Below, one piece after another: positions 11,129-24,991 of a DNA stretch of 64,000 bases. The stretch is from Myxococcota bacterium. GTDB taxonomy: Bacteria > Myxococcota_A > UBA796 > UBA2385. The translations under genes were made by a program, and so were the position numbers. The notes beneath the pieces are model-generated. The model did no database searches. It had not been told where the DNA came from and saw only the letters and a list, made by a program, of their open reading frames with translations. The stretch lies in assembly GCA_044344255.1 (NCBI GenBank), contig JBIJDH010000001.1:416001-480000 (forward strand), written 5' to 3'. Numbering within the stretch: the first letter of the stretch is position 1; every line of letters begins with the position of its first letter.

Positions 11129-13438
11129 TCACCGAGACTTCGCCTTCCGACTCGCCTTTGCCTCCTGCTTCGCCTGCAGCTTCGCCTCCAGCAGCCGCTC
11201 GTCGAAGCGCGCGCGGATCCGCTCCGGGGGCGGTCGGGGGCGCCAAGGGGCGCGCTGAAGGGGGCGCCAGCCCGTCTCGGCTCGCCAGGCGCGGACGGCG
11301 AGGTCGCGGCCGTCCGTGCTCACCTCAATCGTGCCGTCCCGATCCGTACGCGCGAGGGGCACGCCGGCCCAGCGCGCCCAAGCGGCGGGGCGCGGGTGAT
11401 CGTAGCGGTTCTGCTCGCCGCAAGAGACCACCGCGAGGGAGGGTGAGAGCGCCTCGACGAGGGCCCGCGAGGAGGAGGTGTGGCTGCCGTGGTGCGGCAC
11501 CTTGACCACGTCGGCCCGCGACAGCCGGCCCACCAGGGCGGCCTCGCCCGCCGCCTCGATGTCACCGGTGAACAAGAAGCTCCGCTGCCCGAAGACCACG
11601 CGCAACACGAGGCTCTCGTCGTTGACGCGGCTCTTCTTCGGCGCGCGCCAGCCTCCGAGCGGGTGGAGCACCTGGAGGCCCGGGCTGTCCGGCCCTCGGT
11701 AGGGCACGCCGCGGGCGTAGAGGGCCTGCCAGAGCGTGAGATAATCCACCTCTCCGACCTCCGGCGGCCGCGGCGCCCAGAGCTCGCCGACCGGCAGCGC
11801 CAGGGCGACGGGGAGGAGCCCGAGGAGGTGGTCGGGGTGCGGGTGCGAGAGGATGAGCCGGTCGATACGCCGGAGCCCCTCGCGGCGGAGGGCGCGGAGG
11901 AGGCCCTCGCCCCCCGGGCCGCCGTCGATGAGCCAGGCCTCCCCCGAGGGCCAGCGGAGGAGGGTGGCGTCCCCTTGTCCGATGGCCAGGAAGGTGACCC
12001 GCAGGCGCCCCGGCGGGCCGGGCAGCGGCGCCAGCGCGAGCGCCACCAACAGCAGAGACAGCGTCGGGCGCTTGATCGTCAGGCAGGCGAGCGCGAGGAG
12101 GAGGGCCCCCCACGGCCCGGTCGCCGGCGCCCACGGCTCGACGTCGATGGCGTGGAGCAGCGAGATGGAGAGGTCGGCCGAGGCGTCCGCCAAGGCGAGG
12201 GAGAGCAGCCCGAGGGCGCCGGGCAGCGCGACCGCGAGCAGCGCGCCGACCACCGACAGCCCGCCGAGCAGCGGCCCGGCCAGCAGGTTGGCGAGGCCCG
12301 ACAGCGGAGAGAGCTGCTGAAAGAGCCAGGCCGTGATCGGGAGCGTGCCCGCCGTCGCGCCCACCGTGGTCGCGAGGCCGGTGACCAGCCAACGGAGCGC
12401 GCGCGGCACATCGGGGGGCAGCGCCCGCGTGACGCGGGGGCTCACGAGCAGCATCCCGCAGATCGCCCCGAAAGACAGGAGGAAGCTCGGCTCGGCCACC
12501 TGCGCCGGATCGAGCAGGACGACCGCGCAGGCCGCGAAGCCGAGGAGGTTCCAGGGCCGCGGGCGACGACCGAGCACCACGGAACCACCCGCGAGGGCGA
12601 CCATCCAGGCCGCCCGCCGCGCCGGGACGGGGGCGCCCACGAGCTCGGTGTAGGCCCAGGCGCTGCAGAGCGCGGCGAGCGCCGGCACGATGCGGGCCCA
12701 GCGGGGCCCCCGCCAAGCGAAGACGGGCCGGACCAGCACCGCGACCAGGAGGTGGACGAGGCCGGCGACGAGGGCGATGTGCTGGCCGCTGATCGAGAGG
12801 AGGTGGAAGGTCCCGGTGCGCCGGAGCAAGGTCGAGGTGGCCTCTGGAACGCCGCGGCGATCACCTAAGGCCATGGCCCGGAGGAGACCGCCGTGCTCGG
12901 CGAGGTCGAAGACGTCGTGAACGGCGGGGGCGTCTCCGTCAAGGCGGAGCCAGCTCCGCACGAGGCGCGGCGCGGCGTGCGCTCGGAGGCGGTTGGCCGG
13001 GGCGTCCGGCTCCCCGGGGAGCAGGACCGACGGCCGCTGCGGCTCGGTGTAGGCGGCGATGCGCGCGCCGACGGCCGGCAGCTCCTCCGGGAAGCGGAGG
13101 CGCAGCCGCCCCGAGTCCGCCTGCACCACCGCCTCGATGCCCACCTGATCGACCACCACGCCCGAGATCGACGCCCGCAGCCCGAGCGCGGGCGGCTCGG
13201 GGAGGGCCGCCGGGGCCGCCACGCCCAGCAGCAGGGCCCCGACGAGCAGGGCCAGCCGCGCGCCGCGACCGCCGGGCTCCCAGAGGGCGAGCAGGCCCAT
13301 CGCCGCCACCCCGCAGGCGAGCTCGGGCCACGCTGGCATCCAGGAGGGCCAGCTCCAGGCTCCCAGCGAGACCGCGAGGCCCGCCCACGCGAAGGGGTCA
13401 CGAAGGGGCTCCGGGGCGGTGGGCGGCGGGGTCGACAT
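11129..13438 (-). CDS. comEC: DNA uptake competence protein ComEC/Rec2
   Basis: HLLSISGQH, FLLSFGA, FLAIGQGDA, LIDGG, SHPHPDH, LFTGDIE, KVPHHGS, NRYDHP; start at ATG 13438. Confidence 0.93.
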   Translation of the reverse strand: MSTPPPTAPEPLRDPFAWAGLAVSLGAWSWPSWMPAWPELACGVAAMGLLALWEPGGRGARLALLVGALLLGVAAPAALPEPPALGLRASISGVVVDQVGIEAVVQADSGRLRLRFPEELPAVGARIAAYTEPQRPSVLLPGEPDAPANRLRAHAAPRLVRSWLRLDGDAPAVHDVFDLAEHGGLLRAMALGDRRGVPEATSTLLRRTGTFHLLSISGQHIALVAGLVHLLVAVLVRPVFAWRGPRWARIVPALAALCSAWAYTELVGAPVPARRAAWMVALAGGSVVLGRRPRPWNLLGFAACAVVLLDPAQVAEPSFLLSFGAICGMLLVSPRVTRALPPDVPRALRWLVTGLATTVGATAGTLPITAWLFQQLSPLSGLANLLAGPLLGGLSVVGALLAVALPGALGLLSLALADASADLSISLLHAIDVEPWAPATGPWGALLLALACLTIKRPTLSLLLVALALAPLPGPPGRLRVTFLAIGQGDATLLRWPSGEAWLIDGGPGGEGLLRALRREGLRRIDRLILSHPHPDHLLGLLPVALALPVGELWAPRPPEVGEVDYLTLWQALYARGVPYRGPDSPGLQVLHPLGGWRAPKKSRVNDESLVLRVVFGQRSFLFTGDIEAAGEAALVGRLSRADVVKVPHHGSHTSSSRALVEALSPSLAVVSCGEQNRYDHPRPAAWARWAGVPLARTDRDGTIEVSTDGRDLAVRAWRAETGWRPLQRAPWRPRPPPERIRARFDERLLEAKLQAKQEAKASRKAKSR

Positions 13439-13582
13439 GGGCCGACCGCTCGAGCAAGGACCGTACCTCTCACAAGCACCCGAAACTACGACAGGAGGGG
13501 GGTGCCAGGGTGCCGGATCGCCGCACACCCCCGGCATCGAAATTCGACACCCCCGAGGCGTCCAGCCCCTCCCCTCGCGGGC

Positions 13583-14836
13583 CTACAGGGCGGCGCAGGC
13601 CTCGACGGCGGCGGGATCGTCCACCCCCGAGAAGCCGAAGCCGCTCCAGCGGTAGACCTTGCGGGTGCGCAGCGGGGTCGCCGGATCGGGACGAAGGAAG
13701 CTGTCTCCTCGGTGGATCACACACAGGAAGGACTGACCGCCCACCTCGATGACCTTGCCGGCGACGATCGGGCGGCTCAAGGCCGATCCCCGCCAGAGGT
13801 CAACGAAGCCCGCCTCCGTCGCCTGAAAGACATAGGGTCGCAGGTCATTTTGACCGTCGATGTCGGAGTAGTGGGGGTGCAATGCGAAGAAGGCGTCGGG
13901 CCCCGCCGCCGGCAAGGGCTCGACGGTGAGGAAGTGGTCCCGCCAGACGTGGGCCTCCCAGCGGCGGTCTACTGGCGGGGGCTCGACGCGGCAGGCGGGC
14001 CCCGACGGACCCTGAAACACCGGGAAGGTGCTGTGGGCCGACCGCTCCGTCCGTTCGGGGGCGCAGACGACGGCCTCCCCGTCCGGGCAGCAGCGGAGGC
14101 TCTCCCCCACCCAGGTCTGTGGCAGCCGCTGGTCGAAGAGGTGGTTGCCGAGGCCGGTCCAGTCGGCGCCGGCCGCGGTGCAGCGAGAGGGTTGGACGAC
14201 GTGGGCGTGGCTGCCGATCACGAAGGTGGCACCCCAGGCGAAGAAGCGCTCGGTCCAGCGCTCCTGGCCGGGGGCGTAGCCCCGGGCGCCCTCGATCCCC
14301 CAGTGGGGCATCACCACCACCCAAGGGGTCTCGGCGCGGGCGCGGAGCAGGGCGACCCGGGTGCGCTCCAGAGCGAGCTCCAGCCCGGGGCGGTCCACCG
14401 TGTTGACGACGACGAAGGCCCAGCGGCGGCCCGCGACGTCGAGGAAGACCGGGCCCTCCTCTTCGGTGAGCGCCTGGACACCCCCCTGGGCGAGGGCCGC
14501 GCGGGTCGCGGCGTAGCCCGCCTCCCCAAAGTCGTGGCTGTGGTTGTTGGCCAGCGAGACGGCCACAAAGGGGGGCTGGGACAGCCAGCCGAGGGTCTCC
14601 GGCTCGACGCCGATGCAGACGCGGTCGCCTTCATCACAGGCCCCACCGCCGCGGAGCCCCCCCTCCAGGTTGCCCACCCAGACGTCCCCCTGGGGGGCCC
14701 CGGCCCAGGGGTTCAAGCCCCGCGCGCGCGCCTCGTCCGCCACCCCTCGGCCGAGCATCATGTCACCGACGAAGCGCAGGCAGGCCTCCTCACCCCGCGC
14801 GGCGGTCATGAACAGCAGAGGGAAGAGCCCGATCAC
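13583..14836 (-). CDS. CapA-family metallophosphoesterase-fold protein
   Basis: FVGDMMLGR, GNLEG, SLANNHSHDFG, PHWGIE, GSHAHVVQ, LGNHLFDQ; GTG 14836 overlaps the upstream stop (GTGA). Confidence 0.88.
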   Translation of the reverse strand: MIGLFPLLFMTAARGEEACLRFVGDMMLGRGVADEARARGLNPWAGAPQGDVWVGNLEGGLRGGGACDEGDRVCIGVEPETLGWLSQPPFVAVSLANNHSHDFGEAGYAATRAALAQGGVQALTEEEGPVFLDVAGRRWAFVVVNTVDRPGLELALERTRVALLRARAETPWVVVMPHWGIEGARGYAPGQERWTERFFAWGATFVIGSHAHVVQPSRCTAAGADWTGLGNHLFDQRLPQTWVGESLRCCPDGEAVVCAPERTERSAHSTFPVFQGPSGPACRVEPPPVDRRWEAHVWRDHFLTVEPLPAAGPDAFFALHPHYSDIDGQNDLRPYVFQATEAGFVDLWRGSALSRPIVAGKVIEVGGQSFLCVIHRGDSFLRPDPATPLRTRKVYRWSGFGFSGVDDPAAVEACAAL

Positions 14837-17661
14837 CGAGCGGGGACCGTCCACGCGGGGCGCTCGGCGGTCTCGACCTGCTCCCGCCACCAGGCGTCGT
14901 CCCGAGGCTGGGACGAGACCACCTCGTAGTAGCTGTAGGTCGCCCCTGCGCCCGGCAACAGGAGGCCGCGATCGCCCAGCAGGACCGTGGTGCGGAGCGG
15001 CTGGCCCACCGCGGCGTGCCAGACCCAATCGCCGTAGGTGGGCGTGGACCAGGTGTGGATGTCGACGATCTTGGCCATCGGCTCGGGCTCGACGAGCTCA
15101 TCGCTGGCGGCCGCGGCGGACTTCAGCACGCGGTATGGATGCTCGATCACCCCCGCATACCAGGCGATGAAGGCGTAGTCCTCGCGGCTGAGTGGCTCGC
15201 CTGCGATCTGCCGCTCGGCCGCTCGACCCAAGCGTCGTGACGAGGTGGAGGCCTCCCGGAGCACCTCGGCCAGCCGATCTTCGGTCGGGCTCCGCTCGGC
15301 CTCCTTTGCGAGGAGGGCCAGGAGATCGGCCACCTTGTCCCACGCCCGCGGCAAGGGATCGACCACGTGGGTCGAGGGCTCGAAGGAGAGCCGCTCAAAG
15401 GCCGCGTCGCCGCCCTCTCCCGCCTCGGCCCCGGAGGCCTCGGAGACGAGGACGACGGTGTGCCGGAAGCTCGTCCAGCTCGCGAGCGCTGACTCCATCA
15501 GCCGGCGCTGCCAGCGGTGCGGGTCGACCTGCTCCGGGGCGACACCCACGGCGCCGAGGGCGCCCACGACGCCCAGCCATTGGGCCGGCAGACGCGGGTC
15601 CGCGACGCCGGGGATCGCGAGCCGGCCGACGTCATCCTGGACGCGGGCGAGGGTCGGAAAGGCGGCGCCGCGGGCGGGCGCACCCTCGTTCGGAAAATCC
15701 TCTCCCTTCGCCACGAAGGGCGGGACATACCCCTCCCCGAGGATGGCGCGGGCCTCAGCGCTCCCCAGGCTGGCGAGGAGGTCGAGGCCGGAGGGGAAGA
15801 TGCGCTGCGGGACACCACACTGGGGGGGCGAGCGGTCATGGGCGACGCCGCGGTCGAGGATCTCGCTGTCCCATCCCCAGGAGAGCGGGAAGACCCGGAA
15901 GGGGTTGGCCTGGGTGGTGAGGGGCAGGCAGGGCGGCCGCACGTAGGTCGGCAGCGAGGCGCCCCCGTCGAAGAGGCCTTGGTAGCGGGAGCCTGAGAGG
16001 AAGGGCTGCTGGGTCTCCACCCAGGCCTTCCAGGGGCCGACCAGCGCCGGCTGCCGCGACAGCTTCTTTCGCTCCGCCGCGCTCAACGACAGCGCGTTGA
16101 TGTACTTGAAGGCTCGGAAGTAATCCTGGAGCTGGGGATCGGTGGCGTAGGGCCCGCGGGGGTGGAAGTCCGCGAAGTTGATGTCTGTGCCGTGGAGCTC
16201 GCTCTTCGCCGAGACCTCTGCCCGCACAAGCTTGCCCTCGGCGCTGCTGTAGTCACCCTTCAGGAGCTGGGCGGTCACCTCGGCCACCCGGCTCACCCGG
16301 GGCACCCGCTGGCGGTCCGCGGTCTCCTGCAGCGCGACCAGGAAGGCGGCGAGGCGGGGGCGGGACAGGTCACGCTCGATCCGCACGAAGACCGCCTCGA
16401 AGCCGGCGTGCAGCACCTCGAGCATGCCGTCGATGCTCGCGAAAACCGGTGTATCCCGACCCGAATACGCGATCTCGTCGTAGGGCCCATAGAGCTGATT
16501 GGCCTGGCTGCGCGAGACGGTGATGCCGTACTTCGCGAGCTCCGCCGCGGGTTCGACGTCGACCTGGGCGCGGGCGAGGAAGCGCACCGGGGCGAAGGGG
16601 AGGCCGACGGTCCCGGTGACGAGCCGCCCCGGCACCACCCCCACGAAGGCGCGGCCGTTGGCGGCGATGGCCGGCGGTCGGGTGAAGCCGCGATCGACCG
16701 CGATCCGACCGACAGGCTCCCCCTCCGGACCCAGGAAGCCGAGGCCCGCCTCTCCACCCGACCAGCTCATCTGGTACCAGCCGTTCGGGTGGGCCCCCAG
16801 GCTCCCCTTGGGCAGCGGCACGCTCTCTTCGTCCCAGTTGAGCTCCCCGTAGCGGAGGAGCCCGCTCCGCGCCCCGTCTGTCCAGGTGAGCGCGCCGGTC
16901 ATGGGGTGGACGGAGACCGGCCAGGCGCTCGGGAGCTTCACCACCGCGGGTGGGAGGGAGTCCTCGGTCTCCACGAGGAGGGCCTTGTCGGTGAAAGGAC
17001 CGGGCTCGCCGCTCGGCGAGGTGACCTCATAGGCCCGGCCGCCCGCGCCGGTGACGCTCACGATCTGCCAGGCCCCGCCCTGCAGCGCCCTGCCCATGAA
17101 GATCCGCTCCACCTCGTTGTACGCGACGAAGGGCACGACCAGACCGCGGAGGGCCCTCTCGGACTGGAGCACGAGGCCACCCGGCCTCCAGGCGTCACCC
17201 TGGAGCATGCCCCGCTCGACGCGCGCTCGGCCCCCGTCCGCCAGGAGCAGGTAGAACGCGGCGTCGAAGGGGGAGATCCCGATCTCCCGCACCTCGCCCT
17301 TCGGCATGCCCGTGACCGGGACGAGCGCCCCCGCGAAGGACCATGTGTAGAGGCGGGTGCCCTTACCCTCCGCGAGCACGACCAGCGCGCGACTCCCGTC
17401 GGCCTGCACCTCCACGTCGAGCACGGCGGCCCCCGCCGGGAGGTCGACCGCACGATCGACAGGCACCAGGCCGAGCTTGAGCAGCGGGAAGGACAGGGCG
17501 GCCTGGGGCTGGGGCGCCACGTCGTCGCCCGCCCGCGCCGCGCGGTCAGAGACGCAGAGGGCCAGCGCAACGAGGCACGCGGCCCCCACCCACGAGCCCA
17601 GCGCGCGTTTCGCTCGTTGGAGCCCATCGCGGAGCGGATCTTGAACGGACGCGTGACGCAT
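14833..17661 (-). CDS. Secreted DUF3160-domain protein with beta-rich N-terminal region
   Basis: Signal-like N-terminus; FHPRGPY...LQDYFRAFKY, PSGLDLLASLG, SALASWTSFRHTVVL, IVDIHT, GATYSYYE resemble DUF3160. Confidence 0.75.
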   Translation of the reverse strand: MRHASVQDPLRDGLQRAKRALGSWVGAACLVALALCVSDRAARAGDDVAPQPQAALSFPLLKLGLVPVDRAVDLPAGAAVLDVEVQADGSRALVVLAEGKGTRLYTWSFAGALVPVTGMPKGEVREIGISPFDAAFYLLLADGGRARVERGMLQGDAWRPGGLVLQSERALRGLVVPFVAYNEVERIFMGRALQGGAWQIVSVTGAGGRAYEVTSPSGEPGPFTDKALLVETEDSLPPAVVKLPSAWPVSVHPMTGALTWTDGARSGLLRYGELNWDEESVPLPKGSLGAHPNGWYQMSWSGGEAGLGFLGPEGEPVGRIAVDRGFTRPPAIAANGRAFVGVVPGRLVTGTVGLPFAPVRFLARAQVDVEPAAELAKYGITVSRSQANQLYGPYDEIAYSGRDTPVFASIDGMLEVLHAGFEAVFVRIERDLSRPRLAAFLVALQETADRQRVPRVSRVAEVTAQLLKGDYSSAEGKLVRAEVSAKSELHGTDINFADFHPRGPYATDPQLQDYFRAFKYINALSLSAAERKKLSRQPALVGPWKAWVETQQPFLSGSRYQGLFDGGASLPTYVRPPCLPLTTQANPFRVFPLSWGWDSEILDRGVAHDRSPPQCGVPQRIFPSGLDLLASLGSAEARAILGEGYVPPFVAKGEDFPNEGAPARGAAFPTLARVQDDVGRLAIPGVADPRLPAQWLGVVGALGAVGVAPEQVDPHRWQRRLMESALASWTSFRHTVVLVSEASGAEAGEGGDAAFERLSFEPSTHVVDPLPRAWDKVADLLALLAKEAERSPTEDRLAEVLREASTSSRRLGRAAERQIAGEPLSREDYAFIAWYAGVIEHPYRVLKSAAAASDELVEPEPMAKIVDIHTWSTPTYGDWVWHAAVGQPLRTTVLLGDRGLLLPGAGATYSYYEVVSSQPRDDAWWREQVETAERPAWTVPAR

Positions 17662-17785
17662 GGACCACCCCGGCCGGATCGGCCTCTGGCCATGGTTTAG
17701 CCCGGCGGAGCGCACCGCGAGGACGCAGAGACCGATAGCGCCCCCCGGCTCGTCGCCCGCCCTCGAACCAGCCCCGCACGGACGC

Positions 17786-21151
<3,366 letters not shown>

Positions 21152-21213
21152 GAAGACCCGCTCGACGCCTTGATCACCGGCGAGCTCCGCGCTCGACTCG
21201 AGGCGCGCTCCGC

Positions 21214-21702
21214 TCAGGCGGAGGGCTCGTAGGTGGCGGTCACCTCGCCGGACTCGTAGCCAGAGTCGTCGGTGAGCCTCACCTTCGCCTCGTAAGCATA
21301 GTTCGGGTTGCCGCCGTCGAAGAGCACCTTGACCTGCCCCTCTTCGATCCGCGCCGTGCCCGCGTCGCCGGTGATGGGCTCGTCACCGTCGTAGACGACC
21401 TCGCCGTCGGCCTTCATGCGGATGTAGATGCTCCCGCCGACGATGTTGTCATCCGGATCTTCGTAGGCCGCGCGCAGCTCGACCCCCCAGCCGGTCGGCG
21501 AATTGGGGAAGTCGACGATGACCACCTGCAGATCGGTCACCTCCGGGGCGGTGCTCTCCGCGCCGCCCCCGTCGTCGCCCCCGCCGTCATCGACGCCGGA
21601 GGAACCATTGGCGCCGAAGCCACCTTCATCCTCTTTTCCCGCGCAGGCCACGAGCAAGAGGAGGGGGGCAACCAAGCGGAGCAGGCCGGGAGCACGGGGC
21701 AT
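21214..21702 (-). CDS. Hypothetical lipoprotein with Gly/Asp-rich linker
   Basis: LLLLVAC lipobox, GDDGGG linker, beta-rich domain. Confidence 0.7.
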   Translation of the reverse strand: MPRAPGLLRLVAPLLLLVACAGKEDEGGFGANGSSGVDDGGGDDGGGAESTAPEVTDLQVVIVDFPNSPTGWGVELRAAYEDPDDNIVGGSIYIRMKADGEVVYDGDEPITGDAGTARIEEGQVKVLFDGGNPNYAYEAKVRLTDDSGYESGEVTATYEPSA

Positions 21703-21706
21703 GATC

Positions 21707-23425
21707 TCACTCCAGGGGAGGGTCGGGTACCCGCTCGTCAGCCGACGGCAGGGGGGGTTGGGCCGCCGACGGTGGGTTCGAAGCGGGCAGTATAGCGGGC
21801 GCCGAGGGCGCTGGGATGCGCCAGCCGATCCAGCGCCGCGGCACGTTGCCCTCGGGGACGCCGAGCCGGTCCAAGAAGAGGCGCGTGACCTCCCTCCGCG
21901 AGGCCTCCTCCACCTCGGCCGGGTGGAGCACGATGAACCGGAAGCCGTCCGCGTAGAGCCGCGCCAGGTCGGGGGCGAAGGTGGCTGGCGCGAGCGAGAG
22001 ATCGGCGCCGTCCCGCAGCGTCCAAGACCAGCGGATGAGGGCGAGCTCTCCGTAGAGGCCGCTCATCGGCTCGGTCGTGAGGTGCGCCAGGGTCATGTGG
22101 TAGGGGATCGGGCGGCCGTGTACGAGCTGATCGGCCGTGTAGCTCATCGCCGAGACCCCCGCGGGGACCGGCGGGAGGTCGAGGACGGCGCCGGCGCCGG
22201 GCTCCTGCCCCAGCGCGACCAGGGGAGCGGAGCCGCGCACCATCCAGCCGGGCTCAAGCCAGAGCTGGCCCCGCCAGACGTGGAGGCCAGCCCCGCCGAG
22301 GAGGGCGGCGACGAGGGCACCGACGAGGGCCCGTCGCGCGCCGACCCCGAGCTGCGGCCGGTCGCGGAGCGCGGCGGCCAGCCGATCGACGAGGAGCGCC
22401 GCCGCCACCACGGCGGCGAGGTCCCACCCATAGAGCAGGCGGGCGGGCGTGTGGAACCAGCCGAGCACCGGCAGGGCCTGAAACACCGACCAGAGGCCGG
22501 GGATCTGCCCACCGAGGTCGTCCTCCTCCCACAGGGCCGGGCGCGGCCCGAGCGAGAGCAGCAGCGTGAAGATCAGCAGCCCTCCGATCCCCACCCAGAG
22601 CCGCCGATCTCGCCGCGGGGCGGTCCAGGGCACCAAGAACAGTGAACAGAACACCAACAGAGAGGGCCTCACCGGCTCGACGGTGAACCAGCGCAGCAGC
22701 GGCATCGACTCCCGCACCGCCCAGCCCACGAGCGTCTGCCCCTCGTGTAGATCCCGCACCGCGGCGGTTCGGCGCACGAACAGCCAGGCCCAGGGCCCCG
22801 CCGTCAGCAGGGTGGTGAGGGCGGCCAGGCCGAGGCGCCGCAGGGCCCCGGGGGCCACCCCGACCGAGGGCAGGCCGGAGCGCAAGCCCGAGAGCAAGAA
22901 GGGGCAGAGCCACAGCATGCCGAGGGCCAGCGTAAAGCCATGCTCCCAGGAGACAAACACGACGAGCGTGCCCGCGAGGCCCGTCGCCACCGACAGCCCG
23001 GGGCCACCGCCCCGCCGGAGCCTCAACACGAGGGCCAGCGCGAGGGCCACGAAGCCGAGGCCCACCTGCTCCACCCGGCCGCCGGTGGCGTGCCAGAGCG
23101 GGAAGCCGTCAAGCTGGAGCAGCAGGCCCGCCAGCAGGGCCGCCCCCTCGCTCGCGCCGAGCGCCCGCGCCAGCGCCCAACCACCGAGGCCTGCGACGCC
23201 GAAGTAGCCGACCAGCACGAGGTTGTAGGCGAAGGCGGGGCTCAGTTCGAAGAGGCGCACGAGGCCCGAGCCCACGAAGATGTCGAGCCAGCCGCCGAGG
23301 ATGGGCAGCAGATCGACCCCGACGGGGTAGGCCGCCATGTCGGTCCGCGTGGGATCGAGCTGCCGAGCGGCGACAGCGAGGGTCCAGACGTGGCCCACGA
23401 GGTCGAGGGAGCGGTAGCCGAGCAC
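21707..23425 (-). CDS. Polytopic membrane protein, YfhO/GT-C-like
   Basis: Many TM segments, AYPVGVDL, PARL, AVLDLP, QLVHGRPI; the start may lie further upstream. Confidence 0.6.
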   Translation of the reverse strand: MLGYRSLDLVGHVWTLAVAARQLDPTRTDMAAYPVGVDLLPILGGWLDIFVGSGLVRLFELSPAFAYNLVLVGYFGVAGLGGWALARALGASEGAALLAGLLLQLDGFPLWHATGGRVEQVGLGFVALALALVLRLRRGGGPGLSVATGLAGTLVVFVSWEHGFTLALGMLWLCPFLLSGLRSGLPSVGVAPGALRRLGLAALTTLLTAGPWAWLFVRRTAAVRDLHEGQTLVGWAVRESMPLLRWFTVEPVRPSLLVFCSLFLVPWTAPRRDRRLWVGIGGLLIFTLLLSLGPRPALWEEDDLGGQIPGLWSVFQALPVLGWFHTPARLLYGWDLAAVVAAALLVDRLAAALRDRPQLGVGARRALVGALVAALLGGAGLHVWRGQLWLEPGWMVRGSAPLVALGQEPGAGAVLDLPPVPAGVSAMSYTADQLVHGRPIPYHMTLAHLTTEPMSGLYGELALIRWSWTLRDGADLSLAPATFAPDLARLYADGFRFIVLHPAEVEEASRREVTRLFLDRLGVPEGNVPRRWIGWRIPAPSAPAILPASNPPSAAQPPLPSADERVPDPPLE

Positions 23426-23567
23426 GGCCCGCCCCGCCTGCGATACCCACCACAGCGGTAAGAGCGAATAGACGAAGGCCGCGAGGGCGAGGCGCCGCAG
23501 CGCGCCCCGACCGCCCGTCGCCCCGCCCTCGGGCAGGCCCTGGGCCGCTCTCCCCGGCCCCGCTGGC

Positions 23568-24965
<1,398 letters not shown>

Positions 24966-24991
24966 TCATGTGCCCTCGTGTCGGAGTACCC

